The notes under the pieces are model-generated. The model did no database searches and was not told the origin of the DNA. It was given only the letters and a program-made list of their open reading frames with translations. From Phoronis australis (lineage: Eukaryota; Animalia; Phoronida), in assembly GCA_002633005.1 (NCBI GenBank), contig NMRA01000266.1, positions 453,925 through 517,924 of the forward strand: DNA of 64,000 nucleotides, given 5' to 3'. Below are positions 49,338 to 60,928 of the stretch, piece after piece; positions within the stretch are counted from its first letter, which is position 1; every line of letters starts with the position of its first letter. The position numbers and the translations under genes were made by a program.

Positions 49338-52300
49338 ATGGTATTGGGAGAAAGAACAATTCTTCATGGTTTGTTGAACCCCTGTTTTATGTAAATTTAT
49401 TGAGTTTTATGTTTGCTATGGACGGCTGAAGTGAAGCACCCGTGGAATTTCAAGTCCGAAGTGTCATACCTTGTAGTATTATATGTAGTGTATTGGGGAC
49501 GATCAGAAGCTGAGGACGCCTGTGNTATTTATGTCCAGTCGGAATTGGGTCAATCTCATTCAGGTCCAGTCGGAATTGGGTCAATCTCATTCAGGTCCAG
49601 TCGGAATTGGGTCAATCTCATTCAGGTCCAGTCGGAATTGGGTCAATCTCATTCAGGTCCAGTTGGAATTGGGTCAATCTCATTCAGGTCCAGTTGGAAT
49701 TGGGTCAATCTCATTCAGGTCCAGTTGGAATTGGGTCAATCTCATTCAGGTCCAGTTGGAATTGGGTCAATCTCATTCAGGTCCAGTTGGAATTGGGTCA
49801 ATCTCATTCAGACCAAAAATGAATGTGCCAGTGAATAGATATGATTATGATGTCGTGAGTGATGGCGTGTGATGAAATTCTATCAGTTGCAAGGATCTTC
49901 GGTGCCTCATTTTGGGAACCTGTTTAATGCGAGAGATATTTGAAATCTCGCGAACTTTGAACTTTGTCAGGTCGGCCATGCTTGGTAATTCTTGAAGAGG
50001 CTGCCTCGAAGGGATATAAGAAAATCAGGTCACATGAGCTCAGAAATCTTATTTTTCACATTTCAATTTGCACTGTGGTTGTCATTTCAACTTTTGGACC
50101 ATAAAACTTGCAATGTGTCTTGCGTAAGTTGTTAATTGCTTCATCAATTGGTATTTCTTGTCCATTTTAGAACCAGGATGCAGTAGCGGCCTCTGTTGAC
50201 ACAGCTGTTGATGTGCAAGGAAACGGTGATGATGCTGTGTCACCTATACCGGCGCCACCATTGGCCACACTGGTATGTGAACAGAGTGGGCGTGAATACA
50301 AACAGCCTAGTCTTGACGTAATAGCTTGACACAGAATTGTGGGTAACCATAGCAATGCTTTCTAGAAATGCTCCACAGGCTTTTGGCTAGATGGTGTCCC
50401 ATTCAGTATTTGCATGTCTAAGTAAAGAAAGCAAGTAAGCATGGATGTCTCTTCAATTGCTACCTGCAGCTTTGGGAGCTCATATTCGTGACTGGTGCAA
50501 AAATGGTTTAGAAGTGACGCAAGATACAGACAACATTGTTGCAGAACCATATCTCCGTTGTAACATGTCGCATGCATCAGCAATTTGACTTGGGAGTCTT
50601 AAAACACCAATTAAAAACTTGTACAGCCGATTTCATAAAGGTGGTTTAAAGTTAAACCTGGTTTAAACTGGACTTAGACCAGGTTTAAAGATAATCTGCA
50701 TTTCATAAAGGTGGTTCAACTTTTAGACCAGTGGTCTAGTAAAACCTGGTTTATCTCCAGTTTGGACCTGGTCTAAGTCAGTTTTTATTTCACCAACTAG
50801 GTCTATACTCTTTAGACCTGTATTAAAATCTTAAACCATGTTTAACTTTAGACTTGGTCAGACCCAGTTTTAACTGTTAAATATATCATACTTGTATGGT
50901 ATAGGTACAACTGAATGATGCCGCGGAGTGCATTTGCGACGCAGTTTTAGAGCGAAAATGGACTATTTTCAATATTCAGTTTTACTATGACACAAGATCA
51001 AACGTAGCAGGGGCGGATCCAGGATTTTTTGAAGGGGAGGGAACGGTCAAGGACTTTTTGAAAGGGGAGCCAAGTCAATAACTTGAAAATTATAGATTTG
51101 ATATCACTAAAATCAAGGGAAAAAGGGGACTCCGGACCCCTTGACCCCCGTGGATCCGCTTATGCGTAGACCAGTACTTGCTGGAGTGTGTCCTGCGGAT
51201 TTCTTAGAATGCGACTGGTCGAGCAGGGCGTCATCGTCGTAAGCGCTACGGATTTGACTAAAGACAGCATCTTCTGACTGAGTTCCACCTCCACTGTTCT
51301 CCAATATAATGTTGTCACGAAGGGGTCTTGCCCCCCCCTTTGGCCGCGGAAAATAAACACTAAAATGACAAGGAAATAAATTTGGGCATTTATCATGTTA
51401 AATCTAATCATGAGCATGTTCTTTAATGTGTGTGTTTGGCACAGAAATTACAGTTTTCCTCATGAGAAAAGCTTTTAGATGTTTTTCGTCAATGTCTGCA
51501 CTGATTCTACTAGTGTATGCCATTGTATACCCACGTGATCAAGGTTTCATTGAAGCACTTCAATAGTTTCTTTGTTGGGTTTACTCAGCGTGACACAGTG
51601 GGGTGCCTTTGATACTTTAAACCTGGTTTTATTGAACCAGCTCCCTGGTCTAGCAAAACCAGGCTTTCAGACTCTTAAACCATGTTGGTGAAATGCAAGT
51701 CAGGTCTAAAATTAGACTAGGTTTAGGAAGACCGGGTTTAAGTCTTAAACCTGGTTTTGTTAAACCACCTTTATGAAATCGGCTGGAAATGTGAACAATT
51801 TTGTGAACATTTTATGCTAGGTTTATTTTTTCCTAAAAGTCGTTATTCTATAGCCCATAAGACAATAGTTATTAAGCAAATCTTACGTTAACAAGATATA
51901 CGTGCAAATGGAGGGGAAAGCGAGAACTATTTACCCGAGAGTATTCAGCGAAGTCCTTGGCACATCAAAGACTTAATGGCGCTTTCACGGATTGAAGTGA
52001 GCTAGTCGCTATTCAAGGTATTAGCAGAACGTGCTGGATGAGACAATTGCAGTCGTAAACCAACACGCCTATTTAGCATACGAGTTTCAAAGACAAAAAC
52101 GAACAATAAGTAATGCAAAACAGCAACATGGCCGTTTTTGAAATTGAAAAGTAAATGTTAGCCGCCGTCTTTGAATTTTTAAATTTTTTTAAGAGAAATT
52201 AGAGAATAGATGTCCTGCAGTTTCACGGCTAAGCAACAAGCATTAATTTGTGAATCGATTAGGACTAGAAGTCCAAATGTTAGCATAGGATTTGTCTCAT

Positions 52301-52672
52301 GTGAAACATTTTAAAATTAGTTCCTACACTTAACTACATTTTGGATAACAGTGCGTAAACCATAATATCGGAAAATTTCATTTCATTCTCACATGATCAG
52401 CAATTTCTAAAATGCAATATCCCCACGTTATTCAAACTTTCCATATTTTCTAGGGTCTCGCATAACCTTATGTTGAATATCGTTTTGTGGTTCAAGAGTT
52501 GAAAAGCATGCTGATTTCTGAACTGCAAAATCACTCTAACGTTATTGAAATTTACTAGATTGATGATTGTTAAGTTTTCATTCCAGGAGAGCAGCGCTGA
52601 CACGAGTCCTGATCAAGCCACCGCTGAAGGGCAGGAGACAAAGGTGCAACTGAATGAAGAAGTCACACAGAG
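49338..52672 (+). CDS. 5' coding exons of an unidentified gene with an acidic, low-complexity N-terminus; continues beyond the window
   Basis: ATG 49338-49340, exon 50171-50272 (NQDAVAASVDTAVDVQGNGDDAVSPIPAPPLATL) and exon 52587-52672 (ESSADTSPDQATAEGQETKVQLNEEVTQ). Good acceptors and donors with compatible phases 0,0,2; no recognisable domain. Confidence 0.55.
49533..49811. repeat. 31-bp minisatellite, 9 copies (GTCCAGTYGGAATTGGGTCAATCTCATTCAG)
   Basis: Exact 31-bp period over 279 bp; first 4 units have C and last 5 have T at one position; adjacent to the N at 49525. Confidence 0.95.
50624..51785. mobile_element. Non-autonomous DNA transposon (about 1.16 kb) with palindromic subterminal repeats
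   Basis: 26-bp TIR CAGCCGATTTCATAAAGGTGGTTTAA / TTAAACCACCTTTATGAAATCGGCTG; many AAACCTGGTTT/AGACCAGGTTT motifs at both ends. Confidence 0.85.
51008..51164. mobile_element. Small MITE nested in the 50624-51785 element
   Basis: CAGGGGCGGATCCAGG ... TGGATCCGCTTATG termini, flanked by direct repeat CGTAG. Confidence 0.75.
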
Positions 52673-52727
52673 GTGCGTTGGTATTATTTTGTCTTTGTCT
52701 GATAAATTATTCAGTGAATACTTCGGA

Positions 52728-52814
52728 TTGTCCCTCCCGGGCTGAGTGTCCCCTCCCCCCGGGCTGATTGTCCCCTCCTCCTGGGCTGATTGTCCCCTCC
52801 CCCCAGGCTGATTG
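52728..52814. repeat. About 21-bp C-rich tandem repeat (TTGTCCCCTCCCCCGGGCTGA), about 4 copies
   Basis: Read directly; G-runs on the minus strand. Confidence 0.8.
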
Positions 52815-55800
52815 TAATAAAGTGGGGAGCTATTTTTTCACTGGCTGCCATGTCTGATCTTGCTTCACACTTCCGGTCTTGTTTGGAGTTTGCTGAGATT
52901 GTGCTAAATTGAGTTATGGTCACATAAGACCAGGGTTTGACCAGTGGTCACATGTTGGCTCCTCAATGAGCTGTCTTGCTGAAATGACATCTGAACCGAG
53001 GCAAACAGGAACTTTGGAACCCTCAATTTTGTAAGTGTTTTCATATTTTCTATGAAAAATACATTTTGGCTACTTGAGGATGGGGGATTTTCCCCTCAAT
53101 CAAAAAAGTTATGTGAGAAAGGTCCCCTAATGTATCCTGACTGTATGATTTATGACCCAGAGAACAATATGTAAGGGTTATATATTGACCAGCTCTTATT
53201 GGGTCATCATCAACGTACAACTAATGTGTACTGACTGTATGATTTATGACCCACAGAACATGATTACAAGGTAGCCCACAACATACGAGGTTCTTGTGAA
53301 GATGTGAATTGCTAATTTAGTAATTGACCCAATAATCTTCATATTATCCGTCTTGTGTTATTGGTTTAACCTTTACATCTTGTATGAGTCGCTAATTTAG
53401 AACGTGTTCAAGGTGTTTTGTTTGTGCTAGAAACACTGGTATGGCATAGTGTTTAGTTTGGTTTCCTACTTTTTACATTTGGTTGAAGCGGGTATGTTTA
53501 AATGTCCCTATGGTATAATAATGTTTTAATTTGTTTTTCTATGCTTTGGTTTGAATTTTGGTGAAAATGACGAAAATGGTCTTATGTTAGAAACGTAGTT
53601 AAATCTTACCCAGATAAAAAGTGTGATTTGTGTGGTAAAAGTTGAACATATGAGATTTTTTTCTTCACTAAAATCAATTCTCAGTGTCATAGTGGTTGAA
53701 ATGTTTAACTGTCACTCTCTTGTCCCAAATTTAGTCATCCCTCTGGTTCGTTGCTAGGGAGACTGCGTACCTCCCACAGTGTGGATGAGTATGTCAAGCT
53801 CTGTACCACAAGACATTGTGTTGAGAATTTCTGGCTGTTCACAGCCTTGTTGAACTTTGGATATTATTTTTGTACAAAATTGGGGGACCTTTTTCCCGTC
53901 GTACCTCCATGTTCTTAGCTTCTTCACTTTGCGAGGGTGGGGAGATCCTGCTGAGTATTAGGGTCAGAGCTCAAGTACAGCTGAACTGTGGAGGTTACCT
54001 GCATTGTCACAGCAAGCCATGCATTATATCTCTTAGGGCTTGTAATCAATCAGATTGTGATTGACATTTGTTGACAGGACACTTACTTTTATGTAGTATA
54101 CTATGTAGTGCTAGTGTATAAATGCATGTATTCAGGCAGTAAGACAGTTAGACCACAGATGCCCTCATACTACATGTATTCAGGTAGTCGTTTGGGACCA
54201 TTAGACCTCAGATGCCCCCATCTGTCATGTATTCAGATTTTAAATTAGGAGGAAAGTTAAGCCATTAGCACCACCTAGTGGCTGTAAATTCTCAGCTTCA
54301 CTAAAATTCATCAGCGAGCGGTCTGCTCCAACACACCCAAATCAAACCTTTCCGCATTTTAAAGTGAAAATAGATTCAGCTTTTCCTATTGTCAAGAGCA
54401 TTTTGGATTGTTTATTTGTGAAGAATTTTGTTCAGGCTCCTGAAAGATTATGACATCTGTTAGGAACTGAAACAATCTGAGTCAGTAGTGAAACTTTATT
54501 TATTTAATGTAGTCATTTGTGAAACTTCATTGGTTTATAGTCAGTTGTGAAACTGTATTTATTTGTGTAATAAATTTTCAAAACTATTTACATGCTCAGA
54601 TGTGAAACTCTATATAATAATTATAGTCAGTTGTGAAACTATTGTTCAGTCCTTCCAGTTTTGAGAGTGTATTAGCAATTTAAAAGGAAGCTGTCATAAC
54701 CCCGTTCTAATTCTTACATTTACTGCCTCTAATACTAGCTTCATATGTACGGTGAAATCAATAGCAGTTTTTTTTAGTAACAAAAACCTCAGTATTTTAC
54801 GCAGACCGGTGTGCAAACATTTACATAGGGGTAATTTTCACCCGCATAGCGCTTGCTTTCCACTCAGAATTCTGGCTGAAATATTAATATCAAAACCTGC
54901 TGGTGTTTTTGCTACCCTAGCGAAAGTGCCAGCAAAAACACTGGCATGAGGCAATGCTGGAAGTACTTGGGTTGTCCATTTTCATCAGGGAAACTGGTAG
55001 AATCTGTTGTTATGCTGGGGTCCATCACATTATGTTTGAACTTCGCAATCTCAACACTGTTAATTGTGAACTTGAAAGTCAATGGGTTGTATAGTATAGT
55101 TGACTGTGCCTTTTGTTTAAGAGGTAGTTTTTTTTTTGAGATTGTGCGTGGGTGGAGAGAAAATGATTAAATCCAGTAATAAATTTATGATATGATAACC
55201 ATTAATTAAAACAAGTGAAACCTGTACACCAACAATGAAGAAGAGTAACTACGCTAGCGCCCTTTGTATGACTAACTTCAGTCAATGAACTGTAAATAAA
55301 ATTAAACATCTATCTGCTATCCAAGCTGTAGGACTCGACACCTGTTGGAAGACTGTCCTGTTGGTCAATCGTCTTACTAACACACACACACTGTACTAAG
55401 ACAGTGTGCTGCTGGTCACAGTTCTTCAGTAATGTAACACAAGTCTGTAGTTGCGTAATGACTCGAATGTCTGGTGCTGATGATTGAAGTGTTTTCCGAT
55501 ATATCCTATGTGATGTTAAAAAGAGGGGCCTTTGTTTGTCAGTGCCCCTGGTGGCTACTCAGTGTCCCCCCACTCAACACTACTTCACTCAGAACCATGG
55601 ACATGTTTGTGGTCAACAGTTTATTATTCTGACCTAAAGGTTTGCATAAATAGTTGACCTGTTGGATTACAGTGAAAACTTGTATAATACCCTGTAACAC
55701 AGTGTTTGTTTGATCCTTGTACTGTGACTTGAAGTTTGTAAAGAGACACTAACTTGTTATGTCTGGGCCACAGCCACTGTTGGTGAATGTCTACAAATTG

Positions 55801-56921
55801 CTCTTGTTGTCTCAGGCACTGCTTGTGCTTGGGCTCTCATTATGAATGTTTTTCTGGCTCCTTTATGCTGTTGGTCTATCAACCCATACTGAGCTGCTGG
55901 GACAATCTTTCAACTGAGGACATTACCTAGAATTTGTGACATGGAGACTCTGAGAAAAACTGATTTTTCTTGATTCTGGAATTTGGGACAAGGCCAAGAT
56001 TGGCGTTTGCCATATTTCTCAAATTGTGGACAACGTGCTTTTAGTCTACGATTGGGTAATTATCTTGCAGATGATTCTTGAATTTGGGACACCCACTGCT
56101 AGCTATTTCCATAATTTGGGATAAGCTTCCACCGTGAGCAATGATTTTCACTGTCCCAAATTAGAGAATTTTTACACTAGCTGTTGCTATTAATCACGAT
56201 TACTGTTTCTTGGACTAGACTATGCACTGACACTGCACTTGTCGTGATCGCTACAGTTGGAGATCCTCACTTGTGAAAAAACTACTCTTTCTAGGACTAC
56301 ACTGCTAATCAGCCTCATTGACATAAAATAATGGTTGATTTGATAACAACAATGGAAAGCACACCAGTTGATATGCAAACTGTGGGAATGATGAATGACG
56401 CAGGCACCAGCGTATTGTGTTTGATTATTTAATGTGTCGTTCAGGCTTCAACTGCTGTACAAGTCAAGTCTACTTGTTTCATGACTATTGGCCAATTCTT
56501 CAGGGTGTTCTCCAATCATCTCATAAATAGTGTTCACACATATGCCATCATGTATTTTCAAATGCAGTGGAGTGCCGAGTTGTCCTTTTGTTGAGGTCAG
56601 CAAGTTACTCTTCACTAAACTTTGACATTGTGAATGGAGTGACAAAAAGGAGTGGACTATGGTTCATTGTGTATCTTACATATTCTTAAATCCATTCAAC
56701 CCAGAAACCCAGTTTAAACCAGTCTACTGGGTAGTACTTATCTGAGGTGTACTTATATGAGCTGTCTGTTATCACTGCAGTAGGTGTGTTCCCCTCCATG
56801 TACAGGATTGGCTTAGTCTATTGTTGACTGTGTCTGGTAATCCTGAACATGCGGATTCACTTAGTGCTGTGTTGGATTGTATGTAGTGACTTAACATGGC
56901 GTTGGAAGGGATCCTAACGAT

Positions 56922-57031
56922 ATGGAGGTTGCGTGGAGGATGAAAAAGGGTCTCAAGGCTGTGGTGATAGTCTACTGCTGTGTGCAGTTCTTGGTGATGA
57001 TACTGTCGGCTGTTGTAGATAAAGGATTGAG
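56922..57031 (+). CDS. Candidate alternative first coding exon with a hydrophobic anchor
   Basis: MEVAWRMKKGLKAVVIVYCCVQFLVMILSAVVDKGL followed by AG|GTGAGC, phase 2 like exon 52587-52672. Confidence 0.4.
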
Positions 57032-60000
57032 GTGAGCGAGCTTTTTGACATTTGTAATGATCTGTCACTAGTCGTTGTCCTTGTATCTGTCCGGTTTGTG
57101 ATTGTTTTGAAGGACGTTGTCAATTCTGTGCTAGGTTCGAATTGATTTCTAAGAAATTGCCTTAAATTAGCTGCCTAACAGAAAAAAGCTTTTATTTGGG
57201 TAAAGCAGGTAAAGCGGGTAAAGGGGACCCAGGAGTATTTGGCAAGGGGATTTTTTCAAATGAGCATATTAATCCTGTAGTCATGATTTTGTCATTTTGT
57301 AGACATTTTTCCTTGGGGACTCCAAAGGCTCCTAATGTAAATGGCTACAATTTCTCAAAACATTTCCTGGTGGTACACGTAGAACTCCAAAATAATCTAT
57401 CATTTCTGAACAAGGAAAAATTCAATTAACTGGCTACCATATTGTGCCTAGAATAGGTGTGCCCGGGTTTATCTTACACGCACAATCATCTACATGGACA
57501 AAATTCAAGAGAAATTTTGCAAAAACTACAGCTGATAATAAATTCTCTTTTATTTGTATGTTGTATATTTATGTTGGTTCTCTGTTTTAGAAGTGTTTCT
57601 CATCGTGTTGGTTGAGTCGAATATAATTGCTTTTCTGCTTAACCTATTCTTTTATTCCCAAAACAATTCTGTCTATAGGCCTTTCACACTGGCGTCGAAT
57701 CGTCAACATTTTGAGGAGTTGTGGTCAGTGCTGTTAACTTCCGTTCTGGACCGAAGTTAACAGCGCCAGTTAACTTCACAGTAAACAAGTGGATTTAACA
57801 GTGCAGTGTGTTCAACTTTGACCCCATCGTCATCACCAAGGGCCATTGTTATCCTCAACAACTAAAGGACAGTGTCTTCTCTAATAGTTGCATATATTTC
57901 GCAAGAATAATCAACAGTCAAATTAGAAATAATTTTTATGTCAATTACCACATTTAAATGTTTCCAAGTTGTCACATTAAAAAAATCTTAGCGAGCACGT
58001 GATGTGTCAGTGCTACCTTGCAAATACTGCGATGACAACAGCGTCACCTACTGTATACTTCGATGTCTGTTACCTAACGAAGCTCGTATGAATCGTTCAG
58101 TTAACTTCGCAGTTTGCATCGACGCTCCCGGTCAGATGGGAGTTGTCATTATGGAAGCTTGTCATTCGCATTCATTATTACACCTGTGTATTTATTTAGA
58201 GCTTGGGCAGAATCGATATTCACCGTCTGTTTATCCAGTTTCAAGCTGTCTGCTCAAGTATAACACCTGTTGTGGTGACTTAGGGCATTGCCTATATATT
58301 TAGAACAATGCATTTAATGGTAATTCAATTTAGAAATTTAAATCAAATTAAAACTCGCTTTTCATGCTTTTTTAATGGGGGGGTGCGACTTAAATAATTG
58401 CAATGTTCTTTTCAGAAGAAAGCGTTGATGCGAACTTCTAGATCTATACATTTCTTTGGTTTCTTATAAAACTTGAGTTCTATAATATCCTACAGCATTT
58501 GTACTGTAGTTGAAGTTACGCTTGTACTGGTTAACAAGGGTTGCAGGCTCGCGGGTATTTCTTGAGATTTTTACCTGTTGATTTGAGACTGAATCAAGTT
58601 GAAATGTCCCCGATCTCTTGCCTGCACATTACTGCAGATATTTCAAACTTCCAACTTTCCTGCTGAAGCTAATGTAAGACTTTATCCACAAGTATTGAGT
58701 CAATAATATGACAACTCAGTGAATGAAAGGACTGTGACATGTGGCTACATATGGAACTGCTCATGCCTGGTGGGAGATTCAAATTGAGTGGCAGCCCTAT
58801 AACCTTTGAACTTTGGTAAGTAGTAAACACATTTCCATGCGAAGCAAGCGTGGCGGGTCCAGAGGAAATAGTTTTTTTGTACCATAAACAGGCGAGATGT
58901 CGATTTTAAGGTCAACTAGAAATTACGAGAAAGGATCCATCAACACATGTTTTCAAAATTGCAAAAATCTTAAAAATTAAAAACTAACATCCTACACGCC
59001 CTTAAGTTCCTTTTGTGGAGAGCAAAGCAATAACCTCATTAGCTATGACAAATCTCACCTAAAATGCTCTGGATTGGCTGTGGATAATTGATATGCCACA
59101 TACCGGGTAGTCATGAAACTAGACAAAAGACTGCTGGTATACTTAACAATGTGCCAGATTGAAAATTGTCTCCATTTGGACACTTCTGTCGCCTTTATTA
59201 GTAATGGGGGTTCTAAAGCCTTTGAGGAAATCGAAAATGGAAAATTTTGTCGGAAATTCGTTGGGAATTACCGTTGAGGAGCATAAGCCAAAATAAGAAC
59301 ATTAGCAATAGGGTCGTCCCGGATTACGCAGTGACACCCGAATCTCGCTGTATTTACCCACAATGCCATTAACATCCGTCATGCGCATTTGGTGTCATGT
59401 TGTTATTTGTTGTTATCTAGTTGTTTACAAGTTTTTCTCGGACAAAAATAATTGCCATTTTCTCATTACTCAAAAGCTTCCGCTGTTGTTTTCAAAAATG
59501 TTTTCTGTTGGTACCTATGATACAGATTGTAGAGCTAAATTCTAGCACTGTATATCATGAAAATGAGAGAAAATACAATTTCACCTGTCCGCCTTATTAC
59601 GTCCCAAATAGGTGAGATTTCAATTTTCCCACCGGGATTTAATAATGCGATTCAATAACGCGTTACCCTTGGTTTATAATATAAACAAAAGTCAAGAATT
59701 GATCAAACACAGGGAGTAAGATAACATAACTTTTTAAAATTTTGTGCTAACGGTTGCTTATCACCCAGATTATTTCTGATGTTAATTGACTGATGGCAAA
59801 CAGTTGATAAAACTTGGGAACTGATAAGATCCGATAGACAAGTTTATTGCACTTGCACAGGACTACAATTTTAGGTATACCAAACCCTGTTTTGGCATGT
59901 TAACAGTTATTTAAATCAAATTTCCCATCCAATTCCTTGAAACAAAATAATGCTAGATGTAACTCTTGACAACTCTCGAAGTTGAAAACTCCTTTGGAGC

Positions 60001-60729
60001 AGGCGTGACCTACGCTTATAGCGAATTACAGGGCAACTTTGGGGAAAACCACCAACCAAGAACCGTAACGTCCCGTCTGTGATACAGGGAGTATGAGTTC
60101 TGCACTAATGACGTACCACCCAGGCTCACATAGTCTGCATCAGGCAGCGTTATTCCCCAACACCACGTCAACAATACTTACTGGACATGGTTGAGTTATT
60201 TACAGCGAATTATTTTCAGCACAAAACTCGTTCATAAAAACATTGGGCAATTTTCAACCTACTTCGTATTGACATGGTCACTAGATGTTGTGTTTTTAAC
60301 TAGTTCATCAACATGTTTATGGAAAGAATAAGCTTATAGTCAGTGATGACAACAAGGAGTCAGCAGAGCTCTTGTATGGCATGACATCACCAACATAAAC
60401 AAAATCACCAGCTTCACAGTAAATAACATTGGAAATTCCCTTAAGTTTATCCAAATTGGCAGATGTGATTTAGCTGAAGCAGTGCAATGTCTCAATGATC
60501 ACTTTACTTAGTACACTACTAACATTTATCCAGACTGTGGTCAGCACATCCATTATTGTACTGTTATTTACATAATTGTGTAAATTGTGTTTGCCCTGCA
60601 AGGCATAAAATATAGTTTATCAATGCATTTAACAACAGGTCCTAATACAGGGTCTTGAGGAACTCCTTTGCAAGCAGGATACCAGTTCTAAGAGGCACCG
60701 TTGATCTTTTAAAAAATATAGTTACAAAT

Positions 60730-60928
60730 GGTCTGGTACATCAACCAGGCATATGCTGGCTGCGCATGTGGCCCCATTGCACTGATCCCCTGACCTGTAG
60801 TTAAAACCGAGCTGAGGAACTAGAAACCTGACTAAGGGTCTAGCAATGTGCCCCATTGTGACTCGAACCCACAGCCTTGAGTGAAGGAAGTGCTGGACAC
60901 TTATCACACTGGGTCACACTGGCTCCTC
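60730..60928 (-). mobile_element. tRNA-derived SINE, family 1 copy 3 (more diverged)
   Basis: Shares CCCATTGCACTGATC, GTTAAAACCGAGCTGAGGA.CTAGAAA and GACTCGAACCCAC blocks with copies 1 and 2. Confidence 0.75.

Noticed and set aside
49533-49811. CRISPR-like array, and ORFs 49413-49872
   Set aside because: Repeats are contiguous with no spacers, there are no cas genes, and the context is a eukaryotic intron. The ORFs are a by-product of the 31-bp unit.
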